Below, in pieces: positions 12,841-25,089 of a stretch of DNA of 64,000 nt. The notes beneath the pieces were generated by a model, which searched no databases, was not told the origin of the DNA, and saw only the letters and a list, made by a program, of their open reading frames with translations. Source of the stretch: Podarcis gaigeae (lineage: Eukaryota); assembly GCA_964106915.2 (NCBI GenBank), contig OZ066914.1; one strand, written 5' to 3'. Both the position numbers and the translations under genes were made by a program. The first letter of the stretch is position 1; every line of letters begins with the position of its first letter.

Positions 12841-15800
12841 GATCATCTTAACAACTAGGCTTGAATAGCTGTTGGTGACAACTGAGCGAAGGGGGAGCTA
12901 TATAAAGTGGAGATCACACTAAGTCCTCATGCATCTCAGTGATCAAAGCAATCTCCAGTTGCACTAGGCTTGAAGGTTCAATACAAACAGTAAGACAATA
13001 GGCTTTGTCAAACACTGTGTTTTTTTTAAAAGATACCTCACCCTGTTACAGAGCAGCTGAGCACAAACCCTATCAAGAACAGAGAAAAAGCCTTGAGCCA
13101 CAAACTCATCAGCTGTGCTGACTGTCAAAGTCAGAAGCCATGTGTCCTCAAACTAGAGTTTGATTGAGGCAACTGAAGTAACAGATTCAGAACCTTTTAT
13201 AGGAACTTGTTTCTTCTGTGATATTTGACTGGGCAACCAGGGGAGCCCCTAAGCATAAGGCAAAAATCTTTAGAGTGCCCCAAAATATACATAAATTGGA
13301 ACGGGACACTTTGATCCAGGAAAACAGGGGTGAAGCAGAAGGCTGTGCCCAACCCACAGCTGCCTATAGAGCATGCCCTCATCCTCTAGCCTGAAGTTAA
13401 GATATGATCCTCAGCAGTTTCCTAGGATTATGTGCACCACAAGTGTTACATGCCTTCTCCTTCCCTAACAACATCTGTTTACATATCTTCTCTTCTGGAA
13501 ATGCAATCAGAAACTCATTTCCACCCCAGGGTTGCCCTAGTGAAGGAGATTCGAAAACTAAACCTTCAACACCAACTGCACAGCTCCAAAGGCTCTTTGC
13601 CAGTCTTTTAAATCTATTGAATACATCGGCCTGAGTATGCAAAGTTTTAAAAGGAACAGAGAAGAGAAAAGTGACCCATCTTCAAGTTTTTTACAATTGC
13701 CAGGTATAGAGAAAGGTTTTTAAATTGCAGCAGGATGGAAACAGGTGAATACTCTGCAATCAACAGATTGTCAGCAAAATTGATTCAGAACTTAAATTGT
13801 ACTCTGTGCAATCAGGTGTGACCAATACCACATTATTTTATCTATAAAGAGACAGAATTTTTGTAGAAGTGAAATGTATGCACAAGGAAATTTATCATTA
13901 GGCACAGATGCAGTAAACTATCATTTAGTTTTCAGTAACCTTCATTTTTGTATTTGTCTAACAATCTGTAATATTCAATTTCTTAAAACGTTAACTAAAA
14001 ATACAAGTGTCTGTAAACTAAAACGTGCCTTGTTGGCAAACATGACAGTACAGCTAGCTGCCTCTCTGAAAGAGGCATGCTGGAAAACATACAATGGTCT
14101 CTGAAAAATTGTTTACCTGTGATGGTGGAGAAGTAGAAAAAGAGGTGGTGCAGGCTTCTTGAGAATCTTCCACTGATGGGTATGCATTTTCCTCACCAGC
14201 TGTTCTGTAACAGGAGGAGATAAACTTCAAAATGGGAATGTTCAATAAAACGCAAGATTTAATGTACATACAGAGACAGACATTGTAGACAGACCCAGAA
14301 CATCTGAGTGGAGTTGAAAGGAGAATTATGAAGGAGCTCTAACTCTTTCCTTATCGGGGTTTAAATAAATGCTACTAGATTAAGATTTTATTTGTCCAGG
14401 AGAAGGATGAAACATTATTCTCATATCTGCCTTCTAGTTTTTGTTAGGAAGACTCTTCCTGATAAATGTTACCTATACTACCAGCTGTAGAGCATAGCTG
14501 TCAACGTTTCCCATTTTAAAAGGGAAATTCCTTTATTCCAAATAGGATCCTTCACAAGGGAAAAGTTGACAGCTATGCTGTGGAGATGTACAAAATGGAG
14601 CTTCAAAGCCAGTTTAAAGCACCTTATCATTGCTTTTGGTCTGACTGCAAAGGAAATGTTTATAAAATAAAACCTTTTACTAAAACCACCTTTTGATTTT
14701 GATGACCACTTGTTATGTATGCTTCAGTTGAGATTCCTGCACTGCAGAGGATTGGACTAGAGGACCCTTCAAACTCTAAAATTCTATGATTCTTTGTCAA
14801 AGTATTATACATTGCAATGGGTTGGCTCTAGGCTTCCCATAAGTGGAATTCCACTCACAAGATGCTTCCACTGGATAAGGAGGGGGTAGTTATTAATCAG
14901 TTCCTAGTTTCACTGCTCCTGAGGGTTGCAAAAAGTGAGGGAGATGGCATACCTCCGGTCCCTCTTCCTCCAGCAGAAGCATCTGCTGGTAAACATTCCC
15001 TTTCACAAATTAAAGTAGACCCAGTATTTGAAAACTATATGAAATAAATGAACCACAAATGCTTTTGAATGCTGACACTTGAGTGTACAAACACTAAAAT
15101 CAATGCTTGCAATGCACTGTGTTAGCTTTCTTCTGCAACTCATTTCACTTAGCAGTAAAGAGTTTTCACTCTGCATACTATTTTTTTCTGATTATATACT
15201 AATGATGCAAATGAGAATTCATGTGAACCACTGTCTACGTGAACTAGAGAGAGTCTGAAAGTCTAAGAACCCTCTAGACCATATGCCATTCACCCACTTC
15301 TTATAGACTAGAAAATGAAGGGTTTTCCATTTCATGTAAGGACTTTTTCTTTTCTCCACCCAGCAGTGCATGATGTAGAGGCTCTGTATTTGGGAAGAAC
15401 TGCCTTCACCTATGATCTGTGATTTGTATTTCCTCACCTGTAATTGCAGGGATGCATGGGTGAGGAGCTGGGGTAGGGACGGTCCACAAAGTGATCAATG
15501 ATAATCCCCATGATAGGTGGGGTCCTCTCAAACTGCCTGCAATGCAACAAGCAAATGGTGTTATTCATAAGACTGTGTTGTCTTCTCTGCTGCAACCCCA
15601 ATTCTGACAGCTAGACTGCTCTTCTGCATCAGTTAATGGGAAGCAGAGCATCCCCACAATTCAACCCTGCAACTCCACACATGAACAAGGAAATTGGTGT
15701 TCAGGAGCATGACTCAGGGCTACCAAATGGAAAGTGTCCTGGAAAATGTGGCTTAGTTTGACTCTCATGTTCTCACCTGGTAGACATGAAAGCTAGGTTG

Positions 15801-16358
15801 ATTCTGTAGGCACAGGACAAAGTGATGGTGCCTAATGGAGTACCCACTGTCCCAACACGGACGGTCTGAAATCCTATGGAAATAGAAGAAAAAATACCAA
15901 ATAATGATAATTAATAATAATAAAATAATAATTTAATTGTCAGCATTAAAGATAAAGATTGATTTGCCATTTCTCTGTTGCCGAATGACAGTTTATGTCA
16001 TTCTGCTAGCACCAAAGGGATAACAATATGCTCTCCTGCCATATCCCTTACTGAAGGCATACCTCTTCCTAATAAAACTCTCAGCACCTTTTTAAAAAAA
16101 AGTTATTTTACTAATTGTGCTAGTCCATGTAGGGACTGATGCACTTGCTGTTAATAAACGTTATATTGCTATTATTGACCTCCAGTAAGGGAATATCCTA
16201 ATTCCCCCTACATCCAAAATCCTTCATTTTCTTCTTATATTCTCCCTGACTGTTATGTTACTGGTATATAGTAGGTTTTTTTTAAGTCTTCAGCTAGTTT
16301 GTTCATTGCCAAACCATACCTTCTCCCAAGCCACTCAGCTGAACTTCTCCGAAGTATA

Positions 16359-16395
<37 letters not shown>

Positions 16396-19300
16396 CGAGA
16401 GAGCGCACATTAAACATAGTCTACTAGGTAGTATAAAGTCAGGTGCACCAAGTGTTTATCATTGAGCTGTGTCTTCTGATTTACAAAGTACTTTACAAGA
16501 TTAAGATTCTTTACCCATACAATATTTATCTGAGTATTATTGCCTTTTACCATTGTAAGACCCAATTCAGGCTTGCCTTTTCTATTTAAAAAAGATCCCC
16601 CCTCACCCGCCAAACCTTTAGCAGTCCGAAAACTTTCTACCAGACATGTTCTAAGACAAAGATGGGAGGAAAAAGTTATGTTTTAACTAAGGATCCTTTT
16701 AAAGGAAACAACTGAGGAAGCAAGTTGGCTTTTAAAGGGAAAGATATTCTAAGAATATGGAGAAGCTAAAGAAAAATAATGAAGCGTTGATCAAGAATTG
16801 CAAAATACCATAGGAAAAAATGAGTGGGAAAAGTGCATAAGAGCCAATAGTTCTATTGTTTCTATTTCAATATTTATTACCTGTACAATATTACATATTC
16901 ATGACCTTGTTTCCTAGAGAGTCTGTAGGCGGGAGTCACCCTTGTTATAGCAAGTAAAGACTTCAGTAATAGAGACAGTCTGTTGTACACAGTGTAGGAA
17001 ACTTTGATTTCTTTATCACACCTAAAAAGCACACAGAAAGAGTTAGTCCAATATTCTCAATGAAGTGACACAAAGTACACCAATACAAGCTAGAGACAGT
17101 GACATTTGGGGTCTACATTAGATTTAGCCATGTAAAATAGAAGCAATTGAGATTACAACCTGCCCTTAGAAACACAATCTATTCATATACCTCATGCAAT
17201 TTGTTCCCAAATAATATTTATCTAATTGCAAAAAAGTATTTGCAGAAGTTACAAATAGTCTTGAACTAGAATTAATTACTGTAAGTTTTTGAGCATTTTG
17301 AAGCTTATTTTCTTACAAAGCTTGTAGATACCTATATAATTATCTTGCATAATTCTTATTTGTAATCAATTAGAAATCCTTGTACTTCAGCACAAGATAC
17401 ACATGACTTTAAATACTGAACAGGTATGTTCTGTGAAAAGACACTTGAATTTCTCAGCTAACAGATACCAAGAGTTCTCTCTTACTTGAATGATAAATGT
17501 GATAAAACCTTAAGTCCCTTTGCAATTTTTCTATAGTCTAGGAGACAAGCAAAAGCTACGAAGCAGCAGGTGCTTGTGGCTAATTATGTTTGCCTGATGC
17601 AGAATTTTTTAAAAAAATCAGAACTAAACTGCTGACTCATTGTAGATAATTTAACTCCAGTGTCTTCTACAACATTGTTAAATCAAAACAGGCCATTTAA
17701 ATCATGGGTCAATAGGAGGATTTATTTTAGAGCTTTCTGCCATCTAATAATAACTGCCCTTTTAGATCCAGGGTGGATTGATTTAAATTAGTCATTTAAA
17801 ATCACCAACAACCAAAACAACCAACAGAAAACAACCTAATTTAAATCAACTTTCCTATTTCGTAATTCATGCATTTCCTAAACCTGAGTGCACACGGAGT
17901 GGTTGCTATTACCATTTAACCATATTGGCTTGCAACTATAGTCATTGAAGATAATCCAAACCTCACATGGTTTTAGCTCTACCCTGTTATATCTGCTTCA
18001 AGGCAAGTGGGGAAACTGTGAACATGACTAAGAACATAAGAAGAGTCCTGCTGAATCAGACCAAATAACTATTTAGTTGAGTATTCTGTTTCCCACAGTG
18101 GCCAACCACTGTGGGAAGCCCACAAACAGAACATGAGTGCAACAGCCCTCTCCCATTGTTGTTTCCCAGCAACTAGTATTCAGATGAAGTCCTGCGCCCT
18201 TATGCACTCAGTCAGCCAAGAAATATCTGCTTATTGGACAAGAATCAGCAACACACACTTACTTTTCATTCATTTCCAAACACCAAATTTCCAACTCCAT
18301 GGAATCCCCCTGCAGTGGAAAAAGGAATGTTTAAATAACATCTTTGCGAGATGCTCAATGAATGGGAAAAACCTGCAAAATAGGTTTATCAACTTTTTTG
18401 ATCTTACTGTGGTCCCTTTGGAAGTTGAATGGAGACACAAAATTCAAAATACTACACGTAATAATGAATTTGTAGCTATGGTTTACTCCTTCTGATTCAT
18501 AAGTTTAAAGATTTGTATATATAAACAGGAGTACCTTTCCCCCCTTGTGAGATGCGCCCAGCTTCCTTTTGACTTCAAATGACAAAAATACCTACAAATG
18601 GCCTCAACAGTTTGGCCCCACCCCACATGCTTCTGATGGGCTGTTTGTTTGTTGAAAGCAGTTTGTTTGCTTGTTTAAAGCTCAACCCTATAAGTGGTAA
18701 CCATCATACAGTTCATTTTTAATTTTTCTAATGATGATTATTTTAAAAACAGATACTGTATTTAGGCTGAAAAACTATTTTGGATAGTTAGGGTGCCTCT
18801 ACACAACCCTCTATAAAGAATGTGACAACAACATAGTAACTGCAGTTTATGACCTAGGGTGGCTCTTTTTTATGTATAGACTCTCCTTAACAGTGTCCAA
18901 TACATACCTCAGAGGTTTTGAGAGAGATTTCCACACACATTGACCGCCCAACAGCAGGCAGCTGTCCTGCCAAGGCTTTTTTTGCTTCATGGGTAACTTC
19001 TGGGATATCTTTGATTGCCAAGTTGAACTGCAAAATTAAGAGAGTTGATTTTACTTTTGAGGAACTTATTTGAAAAATCTACCATGTGTCACACAACATG
19101 AATGTATGTATTGGAACTTACAACTTACTGTATTTACTCAAATGTAATGCACACCTTTTTTTGCCAAATTTCATCACAAAAATTAGTGTGCGCATTAGAT
19201 TTGATGCCGCATTTACATTCACAAGTAAATACTTTTTTGGTTTCCAGGTTTTGAAATTTGAGGTACACATTAGATTCGTATAAAGATGACAATAGGACAA

Positions 19301-20578
19301 AACAATCTCTGCTGTCACACACTGATGATTACTAATAACAGTCTTGCTTTACTTTTTTTTTTGTAAAGCAGATAATATCATCACAAAAATTTCCCAGCTC
19401 CTTCCTTGTTCTCTCTATTTACAGTTCCTCTCTTGAGAGCTTTTATCAGAGCCACAGATGAAAAGCAATTAAGAGAAATCTACCCAGAATCAGCTGAGGT
19501 AGAAACTATTCAGACATATATATTATTTTTATATCCAGTACCACAAAATGCCCAAATAGTAGTTTTATGTGGTGAAAAAGAAAAGGAATACTGTTTTAAC
19601 ATTTTTGCATGGTTCTAGTTCTGCAGTTCTGCTTCAGTCTTTTGTTTCCTGTATCTTAACATGACACAAGTATGGGAATAATGGGATTGCTATGAGGAAT
19701 ATAGTTTACCCAGTCAGAGCCTGTTGGCGAGGATGATGATCGAGTACAGATTTTTTCACCAAGTCGGGCCTGGACAATCACTTGTACAGTCTGAAAGAGA
19801 AAATATGAGATTTGTGAGAAGTCAAGATTTGTTACTAAACAGGAGAGAGATGAGATGAAACACATAAAAAAAGTAACCACTTTCACTACTTCAGTGTTTT
19901 TGTTGGTCTTCCATGATTTTATCCTTCCCCTTTTGCTGTCGAGATCATTCACCTCTCTTGTTGGTAAAACCATACATTTCTCCTTTAATCTGTACATACG
20001 CTTTACCAGCTTGCTCTGCAACATCTATACTAATCTCAGTCAATCAGCGCAGGACAATCAATGGATGCTATAGGATGCTGTCTATAAGCAAGGCTTTGAT
20101 ATCTAGATCCCTCCCTTCCCTTCCCTAACCTCACCACTGTGTGGCTTCCTGCTTTGTCTACCTGGAATCCCAGTTCCAAATCCCTTTCCTTGACTCTTAA
20201 GCATATGTCATTCAGTCCCAAGGTCTGCAGACAAGTCACCTGATAGTCAAATAAGAGCTTGTCATATTCAAAAGCTGGATGACTATGGGGCTTTGTTTTG
20301 ATACTATAATCTATATTTTTAGAAATCCAAATGAAGTCAGAGATCAGCAGAAAATGTTGTTTTAAAAGGTTTTGACATTGCATCAATCAACATTATGGCA
20401 CAGCAGCATGTGGCACTGCAATAAGTACAGGGAGTTTTGGTTTGTCACAGTGCAACAGGAATGTGGATTTATTTATTTTTTACTTCTATTCCAAAAAACA
20501 AAAAATTACCTTCAGGGCAAAAAATTTGATGAACTTGTCCAGGTCCTTCCTGTCCTGGGAGCTGAGGTCAGTGTCCAT
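5674..20578 (-). CDS. ATG13: Autophagy-related protein 13, full spliced CDS (17 coding exons, 1653 nt, 550 aa)
   Basis: Exons translate from [23 protein letters not shown] through the HORMA domain and the DDFVMV LIR to [11 protein letters not shown]. All introns are GT-AG with consistent phase. Confidence 0.97.
5821..5950. mobile_element. hAT-like MITE (~135 bp family) in the last ATG13 intron
   Basis: CAGG..CCTG termini and internal palindrome. Flanks ATACACAG and AGACACAG form a 7/8 match to an 8-bp TSD. Confidence 0.75.
6490..6845. mobile_element. Tc1/mariner MITE, family B, CpG-rich (young)
   Basis: TA-CAGTGGTGCCCCGCAAGACGAA ... TTCGTCTAGCGAGGCACCACTG-TA, with internal repeated (A/T)AGACGAA and AAGCCGCT motifs. 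Confidence 0.9.
7070..7250 (-). mobile_element. MIR/CORE-like SINE remnant
   Basis: ACAA..AACCCTGTAAGG...TGCCTAAGGCCA...GATTTGAAC pattern typical of MIR-like elements. Confidence 0.45.
7364..7492 (-). CDS. ATG13: ATG13 coding exon 16
   Basis: [43 protein letters not shown]. Confidence 0.96.
7745..7828 (+). mobile_element. 3' tail of a squamate retroposon (LINE or SINE) ending in an (ATT)n-like tail
   Basis: GGGAGCCGCCCAGAGTGGCTGGGGCAACCCAGTC...TAAATAATAAATTGTTATTATTAT. Confidence 0.65.
8272..8388 (-). CDS. ATG13: ATG13 coding exon 15 (LIR motif)
   Basis: [39 protein letters not shown]. Confidence 0.96.
8568..8645 (-). CDS. ATG13: ATG13 coding exon 14
   Basis: [26 protein letters not shown]. 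Confidence 0.95.
8963..9080 (-). CDS. ATG13: ATG13 coding exon 13
   Basis: (S)[39 protein letters not shown]. Confidence 0.96.
9911..10050 (-). CDS. ATG13: ATG13 coding exon 12
   Basis: [46 protein letters not shown](S). Confidence 0.95.
10582..10692 (-). CDS. ATG13: ATG13 coding exon 11
   Basis: [37 protein letters not shown]. Confidence 0.95.
12383..12481 (-). CDS. ATG13: ATG13 coding exon 10 (99-nt symmetric cassette exon)
   Basis: [33 protein letters not shown], phase 0/0. Matches the insert of the long mammalian isoform as recalled. Confidence 0.9.
12797..12840. repeat. (ATT)n microsatellite
   Basis: About 14 perfect ATT units. Confidence 0.95.
14117..14204 (-). CDS. ATG13: ATG13 coding exon 9
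   Basis: (R)[29 protein letters not shown]. Confidence 0.95.
14493..14577. mobile_element. 85-bp hAT-like MITE
   Basis: Perfect 13-bp TIR CATAGCTGTCAAC / GTTGACAGCTATG. Flanks CTGTAGAG and CTGTGGAG match 7/8. Confidence 0.85.
15438..15536 (-). CDS. ATG13: ATG13 coding exon 8
   Basis: (R)[32 protein letters not shown](R). Confidence 0.96.
15777..15873 (-). CDS. ATG13: ATG13 coding exon 7
   Basis: (G)[31 protein letters not shown](R). Confidence 0.96.
16320..16360 (-). CDS. ATG13: ATG13 coding exon 6
   Basis: (R)[13 protein letters not shown](G), 41 nt. Confidence 0.95.
16365..16402. repeat. (GA)n microsatellite
   Basis: GA run directly adjoining the ATG13 exon 6 acceptor. Confidence 0.95.
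16881..17021 (-). CDS. ATG13: ATG13 coding exon 5
   Basis: (K)[46 protein letters not shown](R). Confidence 0.96.
18030..18220 (-). mobile_element. CR1-type LINE 3' end remnant
   Basis: AAGAACATAAGAAGAG.CCTGCTG.ATCAGACCAA... signature. Confidence 0.6.
18263..18309 (-). CDS. ATG13: ATG13 coding exon 4
   Basis: [15 protein letters not shown](K), 47 nt. Confidence 0.95.
18908..19027 (-). CDS. ATG13: ATG13 coding exon 3
   Basis: [40 protein letters not shown]. Confidence 0.96.
19710..19790 (-). CDS. ATG13: ATG13 coding exon 2
   Basis: [27 protein letters not shown]. Confidence 0.96.
20510..20578 (-). CDS. ATG13: ATG13 coding exon 1 (start codon; exon extends 13 nt of UTR to 20591)
   Basis: [23 protein letters not shown]; acceptor TTCTAG ahead of 20591; donor AAG|GTAATT. 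Confidence 0.96.
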
Positions 20579-22556
20579 TGCATATGGAAATCTAGAATAG
20601 AACAGGCATAAATATTCCAATTTGTTACTAACAAGGAGAGCTTACTATATTATTTAAACTAATCAAAGTTAATGAACTTCAGGAAACTATGGTAATCTTA
20701 AAGAGACATAAAACTAATTTTAACCTTGCTGAGATAAATTTGTGTGATTTACATTAATAAACTACTAGCCACGAAGAGAATATGCACCAGTGAAAAGTTT
20801 ATGTGCATTTTCAGAATCAGCTCAGTTGTTATGGGAACTGGAGCAGGAAAAGATCACATTTCATTTAAGCTGCTGAACTTGCTAGAACTAAGTGCCAAAT
20901 GAGTTTGGTCATTATATGCATTTAAAGAAGCACATTTGCACAAAGCAACAAGAGTCTGCACATGGAAGTCATTCTTTGCATAAAAATTGACCTATGTAGG
21001 CAGCAGAGCAGTACTGGCAGGTGACTGACCCCCTGATGGCAGTATAGCTGATGATATTTTTATTGAGTCCTCCAACTGTGTTGCTGGAGTGGATATGTGG
21101 GCAGAGCTGGCATTTGTCATGTCACAGCCATACTGTAGCTATGTGCTAAATAAAAATAACAAGTCATACTTAGGAGCAGGTGCTAGTCTGTGAAAGTTCA
21201 TGCCATAATAAATGTCTTCCAGATACCCCCAGACACTCCCCACCATCCCATCTCTCCACCATCCCAGAATGCTTCACAGGTACATTCCTTGAAACAATAT
21301 AATGTTAAAATGCAATGGACTCAGCACTGGGCAAAAGTGCAAAGTACACCTGAATAATACTGTCTCTTTCTCTAAACAGGTGTGATATTTGATAAACTAT
21401 TTCATTTCTTGATAAATGAACAATGATACCTACCTAGTTATAATGAAACTGTGACAGATAAAATGCAGTGTAGAACAAAAAGGGCCAACAGATTTGACCT
21501 AAGCTGTAGTTAGGAAAATTTGCATGTTTGCTTATATAACAGAATTTGACCAATATATGGATCATGAGCTGGATACAGACTAAGTCGTGCTTGAGAAGAC
21601 CCACTGAAATCAATGGTACACAAATTGACTAACTTGTCCCGTGAATTTGAGTGGATCATGCTAAACATCACACACTATTTTTCTCAGTGATCTACCAATG
21701 TTACTGAACACAGCTGGAGCCTTAATGTCAGAATATTTATTTTCAGCCCAGAGGATAACCAACATTATCTAAAAGGTGATATTTTTTACCTATGAGCTTG
21801 TCAGGTCAGGGAACTATTGGGTTCTAGGCTTCAGAAAGCCTTTTTGCAACTGACATCCCCATCCTCACATGAAAATCAATACACACAAACTGTAGCACTT
21901 ATCAAAATTTTCATTTTTGAAGTTTTGAAGAAAAACTTCCATTATATAATGGAAATCTAACACAAATTCACATATGTGACACACCTTCTTTGTGATGGTC
22001 TATTGTATATTTCAGACATGCTTGTGCTTTACTGCATGGTGGTAATTTCCACGGGACCAATCCTACTCTAAACCCTTGTTGCTTTTAGTGCCTCTTTCCT
22101 GAGTAACTATAATACACAGCATATCTAAAGCAAAATATTTCATTTATTATTATTTATATAACACTTTTCAGGTAAATCTCGCAAAAAAAATTAAATTAAT
22201 AAGTATTAATTAAAACGGAGTAATAAAGCAGCAAAAACAAATTACAATGACTTCCCCCCCCCCAAAAGCTAGATGTCGCCTCCTCTCAGATCAAAACTGT
22301 TCTTCAATAACACTGTGGTGGCAGGTTTCTTTTTACAGGGTAAGGAAACAGCTTTCTTTGCTCTCCATTCTGGCAGACACATTTAAAACAAAGGGTGTTA
22401 AGAAATGAGTAACCTCAACCCATATAGTATTTCAATGAGAATACAGGATGGACAATTATACTGGTTATGTCTCTCAGTGCAGTGATTCTAGAACCTTCAC
22501 AAGGTACTAGAATATCAGAGATACTTCATGATTCTCAGGTTACAGATCATTCACTT

Positions 22557-22745
22557 TGGGCCAAGCTGTAGCTCAGTAGTAAGGCATTAACTTTGGAGGC
22601 AGAAAGTTCCAGGTTTAATCACCAGTTAAAAGCACTTGGGTAACAGGAGGATGTGAAAAACTTTGGTTCAACAACTTTGAAAGCTACTGCCAGTCAAAAC
22701 AACCAATACTGGGCTAGATGCACTCAGTATAAGACAGTTTTCTAT
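22557..22745 (+). mobile_element. tRNA-derived squamate SINE (degraded)
   Basis: A-box-like TAGCTCAGTAGT and B-box-like GGTTTAATC, followed by CTGCCAGTC..CAATACTGGGCTAGATG..CTCAGTATAAG.CAG. A reverse copy lies near 62118-62240. Confidence 0.6.
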
Positions 22746-23146
22746 TTCACAAGGCTTTCCAATTAACAGCAGCATTGCTTTCTCTAGTGCAAACTCCTTA
22801 AAAGCAGGAAAACATTTTAAAAGAGCCCAATAAAAAAATTCAAATAAAAGCCAAACCCATCTGGGTGACACACAAAGCATTTATGAACCTGCTCCTCCTT
22901 TGCCTGTTTACCATGTTTTGAGAGTAGGGAGCAGTTGTCTTGGCAACATTTGCATCACAATCTCCTAAGAGGAACAAGAAACACTAGATAGAGCTCCAAC
23001 TTAGGGGTTGATTCTTTCAGGAGAAGTAATTATCCTTGAATTCAAGTCCAGGCAGATCTAATGTATGCCACCTCACCATTAGTCTTTCTTGGACCCAGAG
23101 AACTGAGTGTAATGTTAAAGGCAAGAAATTTCAGCCTGCTCAGTAC

Positions 23147-23191
23147 CTAGAAAGGAGAGTTTGTGGGAATCCACTGTAAGTTACTGATTTC
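23147..23191 (-). other. ATG13: Candidate 45-nt ATG13 5' leader exon
   Basis: TTTTTTAATTCAG acceptor and TAG|GTACTG donor on the - strand. No transcript evidence. Confidence 0.4.
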
Positions 23192-25089
23192 CTGAATTAA
23201 AAAAACAACAGCTACATGTAATAATAATCATAAATTATTTAACAACATTAGAAGAAAACTGACTATATAATATTTTGGGCCAGTAAGAATATGGAGTGCT
23301 TCTGTATAGTGCTCCAGTCAGCCAAGCCTTCCTTCCTTACACTCCTGGCATCACCCACCTCAGTCAATGTACTCAGCCTTCAATGGGCTGTTTTGACTCC
23401 CCTGCCTCAACCTAAAGATTTTTAGTACTTTTGCAAGCTGGGATACCCAGAAGCCTGCTGATATCTCTCTCTTGTGCATGCATGGTAATGTTTTGATTAC
23501 ATAAACACTGGCACTTGGATAATTGAATTTGCTCTTAGTACAGATTCTATGATAGAAAGCATAAGTTTATAAACAAGCTGGATCTCATTTTGTTCTGGAA
23601 TGAAAATTAATTCTGTTACATTATGAACATATATTTCTAAATTTGGAGAAAATACTAAATATGATGTCCTAAAGACCTATGGTTCACTTATCCTCATTTA
23701 TTATATTTCCTAAAATAGTGAGACAGCTTACAAGAATTCCCCATTTTGTACCTCCTGAGGGCTGCTTCCAATGTGCATAGTAATATGTGTACTTACAACA
23801 CTGCCCACTATGTGCAAGAACCATATTCTGTTTGATTTGTGTGCGCACTACAGATGTCATCAAAAGCCATGGCTGGCTCTGGGGTCCCTCAGTGAATGCA
23901 GCATACATGAAAATCAACTAGAGCAGACATAAAATTCTAACACTTTACAAGGAACCCTATTGGCAGATATAGTACATAGAGGCATATGCCTTAATTCCTG
24001 TAAATATGAAGCAGCCCTATTTTAGGTTTTGAGGTAGATTTTCTTCTTGATAGGAACCAAACTATGATTATCAACTTTTTTATTCTTGTTGTTACAACAA
24101 ACTGGAAGGTAGCACACATTGCTTAGTCCCTAAGTTAATATAAATTCTGGAGGAAAAGAAATGTAATTTTAAGGCAAATAAAAACATGTTTCTAAAATGC
24201 CTTTTCTCTTTTATTGAAATTCAAAAAAGCTAGTGATTCTAACTAAACTATTTTTTGTTTATGCGAATGGCCTAGTTTTTCCATTACACAATAGGTATTT
24301 TAAAGACCCAGAGCCACATTCCAATCCAGAGTTAGGCACACCAAGACTGAAATACTAAACATATTAACTAGAGAGAAAGTCCCACTCCTCGTAGCAGAAT
24401 TGCACTCTTTTGGTTAAGATTTCAGTGAACTTAAGCATACTTGAATTTGTGTTGAATTGTGGCCCTAGAGTTAGAAAAGCCTCACATTATTTCAGTCACA
24501 TTGTTGCCTGAAAGATTTAGAAATATCTCTAGATCAAAAGACCATGAGGTCAGATCACATGATGAAGACAAAGTATGCAGCATAAAGACTGGCAGCTTGA
24601 TCCTCAAAGGAACACATGATGTAGAACTAGTTAGTGAAAATAGGTCCTGTGTTGCTGGAATCCTTTGAATACTGTTGCTTTAAAGCAGCTTAATCAGTTA
24701 TCAACAGCAGATCTGAAACGTCAGTCAACAAAACTCCCTTTTGGCAAGGTCATGAAATAAGTTACAGATATATTCAAGCTCCCACATCACACATGCTAAG
24801 AAATTTAGTGGTGCAGCTGGGTTTAAACCCAAGGTCATGCACGTGCCACGTCATACGTTGACTACATCACATCCTCAAGGTTTTATTTTCAGTACTCCTT
24901 AGGTTCTGAAAGGTTTGTCTAGAAATAAACAGTCCTCACAGCCCTATTTTCCCTACTACCCACAACTCTATACAATCAGACTGTGATCCGCTGCTCTCCC
25001 CACCCCTACCTACTCTGTGGGAGCAGACCCATCACCCTACTCCAGCAGAAGCCTAGTCGAAACCCATCAAATTATGTGCATCTGAGGTG

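Noticed and set aside
22557-22630. tRNA gene
   Set aside because: Degenerate tRNA-like head continuous with a SINE body; no intact cloverleaf.
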